Positions 26,034 to 38,678 of a stretch of 64,000 nt of DNA are shown here, one piece after another (the stretch's first letter is position 1; each line of letters starts with the position of its first letter). The DNA lies in the NCBI GenBank assembly GCA_964016885.1, contig OZ024741.1, positions 89,528,001 through 89,592,000 on the forward strand, in the 5' to 3' direction. Made by a program: the position numbers and the translations under genes. The notes under the pieces were generated by a model. It saw only the letters and a list, made by a program, of their open reading frames with translations, searched no databases and had not been told where the DNA came from. The stretch comes from Eledone cirrhosa. Taxonomy: Eukaryota.

Positions 26034-28199
26034 GAATACCATGCAAGTACTTGAATGGTATTCAAGAGATAAAGGGTTTGATTCCATGTAGGTGCCTATG
26101 ACTACTTTTTCCCACTTTTGGGGGCAATTTTCAAATATTCCTTATTTCATTATTAAGAGGTCATACATAATATAACTTAACAAAAAGTTTTTATATAAAA
26201 TTATGTTAGAAGACTTAAATTTAGCAAGGAGCTCTTTAAAATGTGTGGGTTTTTTTCATAGAACCAGAAGCCATTTGGTATCAAATGTGTTAAAATATAC
26301 TATTGTCATTGGAGAATCCTAAGGCAATACAGTACCGTTCAGTAATTGGTATTAGGAAAGATATCCAATGTTAAAAATATTTGTCCCAATATTAAATTAT
26401 TTAAAATTTCAGTGGCATTCCTAAATATAAAACTGGAATATTCTCACTACTTCACATGATGTATATAGTTTGTTACACTAGACACAAATTTAACACGTCT
26501 ATGACTATATATCTAATGAAAAACACTGCCTATGATTTTCAATTAATTCTGAAAATAATCAAGAATTTAGAAGGATTAAATGATATAATTAACTTTCTCA
26601 TTATTAAACTGGCATTTAGCTCATAACTTAAAGGTTCTTAAATAAAATTACGATGGAAAGTATTTAGATAAATATAAACACTTTAAAACAAACAGTTCTG
26701 TATCATAGAACCAAGGATAGTTTAAGGTGGTTTGGTACCAAAAGGATTAAAATCTGTGACTTCTCTGTGTGTGTATGTGTGTGTATGTGTGTGTGTCAGA
26801 GAGAGGGGGGAGAGGGATAAGTGTCCCATTCATGGCTAAGAAAGTCATCCCTCTAACATAAAAACCATCCATAAACTTAAGAAAGCCAATTTAATTTGTT
26901 GAAAAAAAAAATATAAATCAGCCTAATTCACTTTGGTTATTGTTGAAAATATTGGAAATTGAACTCTCATCTGGTGACCTTTTGCCCAGGCTAAATAAAG
27001 AAAAGAAAAGAAGCTGGTGGTTGTGGTAGCATCAGTAGTAGCTATTGTTATTGTTTAATGCAAACTGGTCAGGTCAGGCTTCTGCCTGCTACTCCTGCCA
27101 TGTAACCCAGTACAACCTCCTTTGTGGTTGAATGATCTGCGACTAAACCTGCTCCCCCACCACACCAAGGTCTGGTGAAGAAGGTAGGTGGAACCCGAAC
27201 AATACAAAAAAACAAGAGCTGTTAAAAGGGCAGATGAACTCCTCAGTGTCAACGGCCAATCACCCCAACTATGGGTTCAATAGCCTCATCAACCTGCAAT
27301 TGGCCAAATGTGGTGAATATGGCTACACCCCCTGACATGACCAAAACCAAACATAAGTGGTGGAGGTCAACCATGGAGGGGTTCTCCCAATAAGAGTGAT
27401 TGGATTGGATTGGTCTTCCCTGACATTTACAAGGCAAAACAGAATGCCTTCCTCTACATAGCAGCAAAGGTATCAACTAGTAATATCAACTCAAGTGGAG
27501 TATTAAGAACACAATATATTTATCTCAAAGTTGCCTGACTGAATGTATGTGGCCTGAAAAGGAGTATCAATGGCAGAAATTAACTACTGACTCATAATAA
27601 ATAAATAACTACACACACACATATATAATCATAATTTTTCATCTACTTTCTATGCTGACATGAGTTGGATGGGCCAGTACAGGCCAAGTCAGTTTTTATG
27701 TGAAATTGTTGCACTCCTAAACAGGTCAGAGAATCCTATTTTGTTCATAAATTTTATTTTTGATATGATTTCTCTAGCTGTCTTTTATCATGGCACCAGT
27801 AATACAGAGGTTGTCAAGTCTTGGATACTACTAACGTATCCTCTCTACTACATGTTGCTCTCTGTTTGATTGGCAACCCATTTTATAATGAGTACAGAGT
27901 TCATTTCATCATGGTACCAACACTAGAAAGATTGCTTTGACTACAGCAAGGTTAAAGAAAACTTTCCACTTTATGTAGTTTCCATTCTTTCAAGTGTGTA
28001 TGTTAACCACTACAAGAATGAACATAGCATGAGGGGGAGAGAAATGTATATACAGTCAGTCGATTAATAGATCAACCAATGTTTCTTTACTTGAATAATT
28101 GTATATATATATATATATCAAGGGCGGTGCCCCAGCATGGCCTCAGCCGGATGGCTGAAACAGGTAAAAGAGTAAAAGAGTATAATTATATATATGGTA

Positions 28200-28450
28200 G
28201 GGCTATGTGATGTGCATGGATGATGACTGCTGGGTGAAGAAGTGCTGAGTAATTCCATTGGAAGGAAGATGCAGTAGAGGAAGAGCATGGAAAACATGGG
28301 CAGAGGTGGTGAAAGTTAACCTCAGATCACTGAAGTTCACAGAGGAGATGATGAAGGACCGTGGCGAGTGGAGAAATGATAAAGAGGACTCGTCCCACCC
28401 ATGCAAGCAGGGAAAAGTGGACGTAAAATGATGATGATGATGATCATGAT
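28200..28450 (+). pseudogene. Old RTE LINE 3' end (short-UTR type)
   Basis: MDDDCWVKKC...KTWAEVVK...KDRGEWR...KRTRPTHASREKWT* followed directly by (TGA)n. Confidence 0.8.
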
Positions 28451-28457
28451 GAACTAT

Positions 28458-28745
28458 ATCATCATCATCATCATCATCATGTCCTGTTATGAGAAATGCC
28501 AGGTCAGGTGACCATGTTTTGCTCATACAGAACTGATTTGGGCTTGGTTTCTACAGATGGATGCCCTTCCTAACACCAACCACATTTACAGGTGTTTTTT
28601 GTCATGACATCTACATGACCACTTTGCAGTGTGGGCTGGGTGATTTCTGTCATGACACCTACACGACCACTTTACAATATGGACTGGGTGTTTTTTGTTG
28701 TGTAACATTCACAACCACTTTACATTGTGGGCTGGGGACTTTGGT
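28458..28745 (-). mobile_element. RTE-type 3' UTR with ~4 tandem ~40-bp hairpin modules
   Basis: (CAT)n, GGATGCCCTTCCTAACACCAACCAC, then repeated CACTTT(A/G)CA..GTGGGCTGGGTG..TTT.TGTCATGACA units. Confidence 0.8.
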
Positions 28746-30734
28746 GGGAGAGGTGTGTGAGGATTAGGGAGGTGGGTATTTGGGCGTGTTTGAGGGGCGG
28801 AGAGTTAGGACATGGGATGAGATGTATGCTTTAGCCTGTGCTCATTGAAGGTGTATGGAAGAGTGTGGTGGGGTGTAGGTGGTGTACACAAAAATACATT
28901 ATTACACTCCTGTTCACATCCCCTCTCCTGAGGACCTTCTCCCTAGACCTTTTTTTTTCATAACCTTTCTCTCATTCTCATGATGGATTGAAGTCTAATA
29001 TGTTGAAGACACTTCTTTTTCCATTTTATACAAGCATGAATCTAACAACACTTTTTGTAGTTGTCTTGTGTTTGTTTTCACTGATTTTCATGATGACTTT
29101 GCACTATGTGTGTGTATGAGGAAAAGCCAGAAAGAAAAAAGGAAAAGGGGGAAAAAGATCAGCACTTGTCTTTCATGAGGAGTTAAATTGTCAAACAAAA
29201 AGTTGAACAAGTGTAGAAATCACACTCAGCTGTCTCAACCAATGTCAACAGACTAATGAAATATCAAACAATGATGACACAAGAGGTTCATACTAAATCT
29301 GACCATACACCAGGGTGTCAGGAACAAGGTCAAAGTTAACAACACACTGTATAAAGACAAGATGGCCATCATGATCACCACCATCGCAATTTAAAAGCTA
29401 TTCTCCATGCTAACATGAGTTATATGGGTTGTTAAATTCTGAGGCTAGACCCATGGAAGGACTGCATCTTGCTCATATATTTCATTTGGGGCATGGTTTC
29501 TATGGCTGGATGCCCTTGCTAATGCTAACCACTATATAGTATGTACTGAGAGCATTTTTTGTGGCACTAGTACTACCACTTTATAAATGGTGATAGTAAG
29601 TGTGATGAAAGACTGGATATTATAATGTTGGCAATTAGACAGAGACAGTATAGGGTTTGAGAGGACTCTTCAGTCTGGCTGAGCATATGACAAACTCTCC
29701 CATGCTAGTACCATGAAAAAATACACCCATTACACTTTGTAAGGTGATTGGCATGAGGAAGGGCATCCAGCTGTAGAAAACATGCCAGATATGGAATGCA
29801 TGAGCAAGATAAGTATGCTCCAACCCATCTGATCTTAAACCATGACAAACTATCCAACCCATTTCAGTGTGGAAAGCAGATGAAACAATGATGATCATGA
29901 TTAAGTTTTATGTAAGGCACACAGAATATATAATTGTTTCTACTTTAGGCACAAGGCCAGCAATTACCCAGTGCATTACTGGTACTTTATTTTATCGACC
30001 CCGTATGGATGAAAGGCAAAGTCAACCTCGGCGGGATTTGAACTCAGATCGTAAAGAGACGTAACTATGCTATTGTTGTATCAAGAGATACAGTGGTGGT
30101 GATTGTGAAGCTAACAATAATAATTATAAAAATAAAAGTGGTGATAATGATAATGAATGACTGTAATAATATGATGTTCATCATACTAATGACTGTAGTA
30201 ATAGAAGTAATAACTATTATAATGATATGGTAGAGAGAGCTCTTCAGTTGAGTCAATGAAGAAAATCTCCCCAGAGCTGGTGTCATGATAAAATGCATCC
30301 AGTAAACCCTGTAAGGGCATCCAGCTATAGAAACCATGCCAGAAAGGGATGAGAGGACTTTTCAGTTGTGTAAATTTATGACAACCTTTCAAGTGTTGGT
30401 GACACAATAAAATGAAGCCAGTACAACCTATAAAGTAACTGGTGATAGGACATCCAACACTAGAAAAATTACCAAACAAAGGGTTGAGAGGATTCCTCAG
30501 TAGTGCCAAAGATATGACAGCCTCCTTTGTGTTGATGCCATGGTAAAATGCATTCAGTGCACTCTGTAGAATGCAGGAACATATGTAAGATAGATGTAAC
30601 CCCCTGGTCCATTTAAGAGGTCAGTAACTATGATTAAGTACTGACTTGATCTGTGATAACCCACCAAACCCTTGCAAGCAGGGAAAACAGGCATCAAATA
30701 ATGATGATGAATGATAAAATAAATTTATACTCAC

Positions 30735-30975
30735 ATCTTTTTCTAAATCTTGAAGTCTCATGTCCAACACTTTCACTTCAGCATTATGACTGCGATTAAT
30801 GTCATTTATTTTCTCTTTGAAGGCCTCATCAGCTGCCAACTGCTTCAAATGCTGTTCATTTATAATACCTTCCAGTTCATCCACTCTTTGGTAGAGTGCT
30901 TGCAGATGCCGGTTGGCTTCTTGGATGGTTGATCGGGGAAACATGTCTTTCCCCTCTGACTCAACAGTTGTCAGT
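30735..30975 (-). CDS. VMAC-like coiled-coil protein, main N-terminal exon (ATG at 30944 is the likely conserved start)
   Basis: Acceptor ttttccAG|A and donor GAT|GTGAGT. MFPRSTIQEANRHLQALYQRVDELE resembles VMAC IREANAHLAAVHRRAAELE. 70 codons, phase 0 to 24927, giving 190 aa. Confidence 0.82.
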
Positions 30976-31080
30976 CTGGAAAAGAAAAAAAATAGATGGT
31001 AAAACAAAACTGCTACAATCTAGAACCCCCTGTTGTCATACATCCCCCTCATTTGGGATATAATCTGCAGTTATACTTAC

Positions 31081-31307
31081 TCCAGCAGAAACCTGGTAAT
31101 ATCAGCATCAAACTTAGACTTTATTGTCTGACAGGCTAATGATTGCATGACAAAATACTCGCTGCTCTTTGATAGATTGTTCATCAAATTCATATCAATG
31201 GAAACATCCATCATTCTGAGATGTAGATGACCATTTGTAAGAATGAGCCCCATGTATTCATTCAATGCATCTTCTTTGCCATCCTCCAGAGTTAAGCATT
31301 TGCCATT
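31081..31307 (-). CDS. Probable upstream exon of the VMAC-like gene (open in frame; N-terminal extension or 5' UTR)
   Basis: Acceptor ttgttgttttatggacAG| and donor GA|GTAAGT, with a 105-bp intron to 30975. Phase 2 joins GA+A=Glu in frame; first in-frame ATG at 31253. Confidence 0.55.
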
Positions 31308-31504
31308 CTGTCCATAAAACAACAATAAAATAGATCCAAACAGCTAAGTCAGTGAATGAACTCTTATGAAAGCTATTGGGTCTGCTGGAAACAACAGTGA
31401 TAAGCTCTTCTCTGAATGAGAGAGCTTCCCAAACTGCTTGAATAGAAGCCAAATATTCTTCTCAAATTTATCTTGGTTTGTTCATGACATATTGCTTGCT
31501 CTCC

Positions 31505-31920
31505 CAGTGTTGGTGTCATGAAAAAAGTATCCAGTCCACCCTGTATAGTAGTAGTGCAGGTGCCTCAACAAAGAGCACCCAGTCCACCCTGTAAAGTAGT
31601 TAACATATGCCACGACAAAAAGCACCTAGTCTACATTGTACGGTGAGGTGGTCATGTTGGTGCCATGTCAAAAAAGCACCCAGTCATACTGTATGGTTTG
31701 TCGTACTGGTGTCACAACAAAAAGCACCCAGCCCATTCTGTAAGGGTGCCATGAAAAAACTTCCAGTACACACAGTAATGTAGTTGGTGTTACTCATAGA
31801 AAACCAAACCAAAATAGATGATATGTGCTAGATATGGCCACCTGACCTCACTAGCCTCATTATATGATAGCCTGTCTAACCGATGCAGTCGTGGAAAATA
31901 GGTGTTACAGTGATGATAAT
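31505..31920 (+). repeat. Six tandem ~48-bp two-hairpin modules in an RTE-type 3' end
   Basis: Units at ~31512, 31559, 31607, 31659, 31708 and 31745, consensus GGTGCCAYGACAAAAAGCACCCAGTCCAC(C/A)CTGTAA(A/G)GT. Ends in a degenerate RTE tail. Confidence 0.85.
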
Positions 31921-32269
31921 TATTGTTTTATAGTCTGAGGTTTATTACTCCATGTCCTAATTTCTAGGACTACACACTTAATACAGAGAAGGACAGTCAG
32001 ATGAAGAAAATTCCATGGATGGTAAAGTTCAATATAACCTAATAAAAGTTTTAAAATCGGAAGTTGGTTTAAGTGTCGGATGTTTGCCTTAATGTAAAAC
32101 TGATAAGTTGAGGAGTAGCTTGTAAAGGAACATTAAAAAAAAAGAATTAAAAAATAGTTTGTATTATTTTGGTGACTCGCAGAGTGAACGCTGGCTAACT
32201 ATGACCATGCCAGCTATGGGTCTTTTCTTCTGAGTGAACTAATGAAAATCCCCCCAAAAATGATAGAGT

Positions 32270-32560
32270 GCATAGCTTGGAGATCAGAGAATCACTCCAG
32301 GTAGAGCCACTACTTCTCTGATGCAAAGGGTATGTGGTTAGAATGTCTCAGGAAAGAATCGCTGGACAGATTTTACAGGCAAAAACAACCGGCAGGAGAC
32401 CCAGGGGCAGATCCCGAGCAAGATGGTTGGATAACATTCATGAGCTTGGCTGGTCTCACTTGGGGATCCAGCCAGATCAGTTGAAGATGGTTGCTTCTAA
32501 TAGGACCTGCTGGAAGGAATGTTTTAAGACTCTGCCCCCATTACCCTCTCAAGAATAAGT
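32270..32560 (+). pseudogene. RTE LINE C-terminal fragment (third family)
   Basis: VVRMSQERIAGQILQAKTTGRRPRGRSRARWLDNI; related fragment at 53880-54320. Confidence 0.8.
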
Positions 32561-33240
32561 GGGCAAAGAAGAAGTTTGTATTATTAAAGGGCAGTGGATT
32601 GGCAGTATCGGTAGAGACTTGGACAACATGTTTTGTGACATATAGTTATGGCCCTTTACATTCTGAGTTCAAATCCTGCTATGGTTAGTTTTGCCTGTCA
32701 TCCCTACAGGAATAATAAAATAAAGTACCAGTGATGCACTGGAGTTGATTTAAACAACTTTCCCCTTCCCTACAAATTGCTGGCCTTGTGTCAAATGTTT
32801 TTTTCTTTTTTTGTAAAAACCAAAAAATAATAAAGATTTCCCAGCATGAAAAAGATATAGTTAAGTGCAGGCTACCATACTTGAAGTGGTGAGCTAAATA
32901 TATTTTTTAATCAATTGAAATTACAACCATATCAAGGAGAAAAGCCATTAGTGTTAATGAAATTTACTTTCAAAAGGGGCAAACGAGAGAATGATTGAAA
33001 AATTAATTGGAGATATACAGGAATGGTGAGAGAGTTTGATCTTTGGTAGCAATGTCAACTCTAGATAAGTTTCAGTGTAATTAGACCTTCTCAAGAAGCA
33101 TAGTTCACTCAATGCTGCAAAAGCAACTGAGGGACAGCTCTATCATTGGATAAGATAATCATTTCTTACTATATTACTCAGCAGAAAAAGCTAATGAACA
33201 AATCATCTCAACTATTTTTAATTAGGCAACATATACATTA

Positions 33241-33351
33241 TGACCCATAAGTCACTAGACCATTTCAAAATATAATAACTCTTTTTAATTGAAAAATTTA
33301 TTGCAAAAAGGTTATATTTTAAAATGGTCAAGTAACTTTTAGGTCACCCTG
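33241..33351. repeat. Short palindromic Tc1/mariner-like MITE
   Basis: TGACCCATAAGTCACTAGACCATTTCAAAATATAA is inverted to TTATATTTTAAAATGGTCAAGTAACTTTTAGGTCACCCTG. Confidence 0.7.
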
Positions 33352-33377
33352 TGACAGTAACAGGATAAAGATATTGA

Positions 33378-34512
33378 CCAGGCTGACCTAGATACTCTCA
33401 TGGAATATGACCAAATGAGGTTCATTTTTCAACATAGTCCCCTAGGTGGTTCACACACTTCTTCCATCAGTGTTGTAGTGCTTGGATTCCATTGGTGAAG
33501 AAGCTTTCATACTGTTGGTAAAAAAAGTCATCAACAGTAGATATGATGTCATCAATACTGCAATACTGGTTCCCAGCCATGTGTTTTTTCATGTTGGGGA
33601 ATGAATGATAGTCAGATAGGGTGAAATGATGAGAATAGGGAGGGTGATCAACCAGTTCAAAGCCACAGTCACACACAACAGCCATTTAAACCAAGGACTT
33701 GTGTGCTGGAACATTCTCCTAATGAAACAAGACCTGTTTCATCAGTATTCCTGGCATTTGGTCTTGTTAGCCTTTTGTAACTCCCTTAGCAAGTTGTACT
33801 CTCGATTGATGGTGTGGCCCTTTTGGATATAGTCAATAAACACAATGCCTTTTGCATCTCCCAAAACTGAGGCCATCACCTTCCCTGCAGATGAAATGAC
33901 CATGGTCTTCTTTGGAGCAGATGAGGAGTGTTTCCACTGCATGGATTCTCTCTTTGTCTCTGGCTTAAAGTGATGTCAGAAGACATGGAACCCACCCTTT
34001 GTCATGCCAATTCATTGAGCAGAATATTCTCAACTCTCTCTCACATAATATGCTAACAGCATTGGCTATTTGATTTATAGTCAATCGCCTGTCATCCATC
34101 ACCATGTAGTGAACACAATCAATGTTTTCCTCGGTGGTGCAGTTGCAGGATGTCCAGACCTCAGGTTATCTTCAAGACTCTTCCTTCCCCTCCTAAATTC
34201 AGCTGCCCACTTTTGCACTGCTAATAAAACTGGAGCGTCATCCTCTCATGTAGCAATCATGTTAGCATAAATACCCTTGGGGGCTAAATCCTTTTTCTGC
34301 AGGTACTTGATAATACCACAATGCTAAATTTTGTCCATTTTCAAGAGAAGTCACTACTAGTTACTTTTGAAGTCTTCTTTGAACAGTCAGATGTCAGTTT
34401 ACCTGGAAAGAAACAATGCAGTTATTAATAAGAGTTGATATTAATGTATGCAGTATTTCAGTTCTAGCATCACACCTTCATAGTCAGCCTATGAACTTTC
34501 CAGCCCATCCTA
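33378..34512 (-). mobile_element. Decayed mariner DNA transposon
   Basis: WVP motif, SMQWKH...SAGKVMASV.GDAKGIVFIDY.QKGHTIN and HPPYS...SDY.FPNMKK, with frameshifts. TIR remnants GGCTGAC / GTCAGCCTATGAACTTTCCAGCCC. Confidence 0.92.
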
Positions 34513-37500
34513 TTAATGTATATATATGGTCCTGTAACACTAGATGGAGTCATACGTGCAATATAATGATATAACGTGTCATGGGCATTGTTTATAACCT
34601 GGTGAAACCTATCCTCTTTCCAGGTCTGAATACAGCCAATTTCTTCCAGAGAAAGAGAGAGAAAATGATGGAGGAGTGGAAATGGGAGATATAGAAGACT
34701 TTGCCCTTAGTATTGGACTTGTACTTTTTTTTTTGTTGACAATGAAAGGATGAAAGGCAAAGTTGATCTCATTGGGTTTTGAACTTAGAGCACAGAGTCA
34801 GAATAAATACCGCTAAGCATTTTATCTGACTTTTCAGTGAATCTGCCAAGTGAGATTTGAACTCAGAATATAAAACCCAAGAACAAATACCACAATTGCT
34901 TGATAGTGATCTATTTGTAATTTACAGGCATTATCATTCATTCATTCAGGGACACCTGGATTATAAATTTATTTAGCCATGACTACTCGATAGCCAATTT
35001 TGTTTGCTTAACCTGTAGCATCTGGTAATTATTTAGCAGAAAATATCTTAAAATGGCTTTGTTAATTCAAATGTTTATAGTATTTTTACTAATGGATAGA
35101 TCATTGTGAAGATTTGCAGTAAATTTTAAAGTAAAAACTTTAAGAATAAATGTGATACAGTCACGGTATTGTTTTGTACTCCAGCTATAGAAAGCTTGCC
35201 AAACGAAGGGTCAGAAGGACTCTTAAGTTGTGTCAATAGCATTTAAAACTCTCTAGTGTTGGTGATATACTTGATAAATGCACCCAGTGCACTCTGTTAT
35301 GCAGTTGATGATAAGAAGGGTATTTAGCCATAGAAAATCTGCCAAACAAAGCATCAGGAGTCTTCAACTGCGTTAAAAACATGACAGCCGCCCTAGTGCT
35401 GGTGTCACACTAAAATACACCTTGTAGGGCATGGGAAAGTATGTAAGCAAGATGTAGGCCGCTGGCCCATTTGAGGTCAGTAGCTCCACTTAAGCATTGA
35501 CTCAGTCTATAAATACCCATCCAACCCTTGTTAACAGGGAAAAATAAATGTTAAATGATGATGATGATGTTGTCTTGCTAATATGGTTACATGCAGTACC
35601 AAAACTTAATCCCTTCACTTCTTTTTATTTTATATGTGGGACATAAAATCATTGCATTCAATTATGTAAAGATTGAGCCAATATGGGAGTGTTTTCTTGA
35701 TCAGTTAACCTGCTAGAAACATTTTCCAAATTTTCCTCAAATCATAGAAAAGGAAGGTGGGGGCAGAGTCACACCCAAGTGGGATTATAATGGTAGCTAA
35801 TTTAAGTTTAAGGCCAGTAATTGGGGGGGGGGGGGTCGATTATATCAGCCCAGGTACTTTACTTTACCCACTACTTGCCCACCTTCTGAAGGATGAAAAA
35901 CAAAGTTGACCTCAGCAGTATTTGAAGTGGGATTATAAAACAAAAGAGTGTGATATGGAAATAGGTGTTCTGTAATAAGGTATTGAATATCTAGCTCCAA
36001 GCTGTGCCCTCTCTCCCAACCTACAACAACTGTTATAGTTACAACTATGACTAGAAATTCAACCTCATTCAGTTTTGTCAATAATCTGAATTAGTCTCAT
36101 AACTAATAACCATATACTAATTTTCATTTTATTGATTTTTTTAATGCTGTAATTCTGGCCAATAAGGTTTTGGTATATACAAACAAATAATATCAATACT
36201 ATATTGTATTTATTACTATAATTCAAACTATTCAACATTTATGTCTTTAAACATATACATGCCAATCAAAAGATGCCTCTGTTGATTTAGTTATGCAATC
36301 TGTAGTCCATAAGGCAAACTCATTTGCAATGCAGTTGCACCAGTCCTTCCTGAGATGGTGTATATGGATATGTGAACAGCAGAAAATGTGGATTGGCATG
36401 ATCAAGTTAGATCTTAAATATCTGGTGTCTGCTGTTGGAATTGTGACTGGCTGGTGATTTCTACATTGGATGCCTTTGATCATCAAGTGTAGTTTACTTT
36501 TATTCACAATTCTGTAATCAAACAGCTTGGAACTGGTTGTATGTGTAATGGAGCAACATGAAATGAAGTGTGTTGCTAAAAAACATAACACTCAACCTGG
36601 TCCAGGAATTGAAGCCATTATGATAAAAAGTTCAACATCCAACCACAAGGCTTACTCACCTTTATAATATACATATAATGAAATAAATGCTTTTTGTTCT
36701 CAAGGTGTGGTTGGAGGGAATTTATAAATTGCTTTATAGTATTCCCCTCAAAACTATAACTTTTGTATCTTTTTTTTTATTATTAATCAGGAGAAATGGG
36801 AGAGGGCTTAGATATTTGCAGGCTTACTGGTAAGTTTAATGTCGCTGTTGACTAGCCTGAACATCTACAAGAAGAATATAGCTATTTTAGCAGAGCATCA
36901 AACAAAATACCTTGTTGTATTAGGTTATGACTCTTCAGGCTTTGAATTCAAATTACATCCAGGTAAACTTTTCATCCTTTCAAGGTTGATAATATAAGTA
37001 GCAGTCAGAATACTGGGTCTGATACAACTTTCTATAACATTGAAAGCAATGCTTCAATATGACTGAACCCAGTAAAAAAAATGATTATAACAGAATGTTT
37101 AGCTGAACACCATATTAGGTCTCCCCAACTATATTGTATTGGTGCATTAAAAAATGAGAAACCTTTTCCATCTCTAAACTGCAGTTTAAAGACCTCAGCT
37201 GCTGTCTTAGTGCATTTGGCTGTACATATGTAACCAGTTTGAATCAACATTTCTGACCAGTCAGAGTAGCTAAACTCAGCAAAGCTAAAGAAGTATGATG
37301 CTGCCTGTGATCACAACAGTATACTATATCACACAGTATTAAATTCTTTCAGCTGTCTTGGTCATGAAGATAGTACAGTATTGGTAAGGACACAAATTAC
37401 TGATCTCTTGGCTGGTTGTCTGTTTACCTATTGACTTAAGCCATCAATCATTTGTGGTGTACATGGAAGCATTGATTATAAACCAATACACTTAAACAAA

Positions 37501-38678
37501 CATCTGATAACATTAAAATATCAATGTAAAAGGTGAACTAAATCACAGAGTTTTATTTCCTTCAAAAGCTTAAAATATTCCAAAGATATGCTGGAGATCT
37601 GGAACTGGCCACATCAGATTATCTTTGGAACAACTCCTAGGGATAACTATCACTAATATAAACTGAAATCTGACATCATGACTATTAAGAACTCTGAATA
37701 AAATCTACACATTTTCAAATTAGATAAAGACACTTATGCTAAGCTATTAATGAATAATAGCATACAAACACAGAGGAGATCTAACACAAGCACCCTTGAT
37801 AATATTAACTAAAAAGTAAAAATAACAGCCATAGGATTTAAATTAGTTAACAAAGTGCAGTGTTTAGCCTATATAACGTATGGCTAGATGCACTTCCTAT
37901 CACCAACCATCATACAGAGTGTACTAGGTGCATTTTTCATTGCACCATCCCTAATGAGGTTGTTGTGTCATGATTGAAGGGCCCTCTCACATAAAAATAG
38001 ACAGTGCACAACATACACATTAGAATTTGATTTTAAAATGCCTCCCGTTTAAAAAAAATGCTAAAATATTTCTTGTCTGAGGAAGCTAAATAACTTTAAC
38101 TGTCTCTTGTAGAGTAACAAAATAGAAATCTCCATTCATAACCCTCACTACTAATGAAAACTGTCACTAATCAGTAATTCAGTGTTGATATATCAAATTA
38201 AGAAATACAGGCATATATTTTGTGAAATGTTACTCAATATGTACAAGTCAAATGACTCATTCTCCTAGTGTAAGTATAGAAAAATGCCACTGTCGTTGCT
38301 ACTGCAGTTAGTATATTTGTATATGATGTAAAAGGTGGTTGATTCGGCAGCGTTGATAGAGTGTTGGATATTTGTTCTGGGTTTCTCTGTTCTGAGTTCA
38401 AATTATGCTGAGGTCCACTTTGATCCTTTTGGGAGAGGGGGGGGGGATAAAGAAAGTACCAGCCCAGCCCTGTTTCCTTCTAGTTGTCACATCTGATGTT
38501 CTGCTGGATCAAAGAAAGGAGGGAGGGGGTTAAGAGGGTGTCTGTGTCAGCCCGTGAATGCATGGCACCTAAAACACCTAGGAAAAGCATGGTATATACT
38601 ACAAAGTCGATTGTTAGTGGTGGCTGCAGTTTTTATATAATGCAAAACTACTGTTGTTACTTTATTATTGAGTTAGAT

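Noticed and set aside
31505-31800. CRISPR array or tracrRNA-like sequence (AAAAAGCACC..GGTGC)
   Set aside because: Eukaryotic context, no cas genes, degenerate repeats with short related linkers, and the unit is part of RTE 3' UTRs.
36247-37510. Possible extra coding exons
   Set aside because: No recognisable homology and no consistent splice sites or phase.
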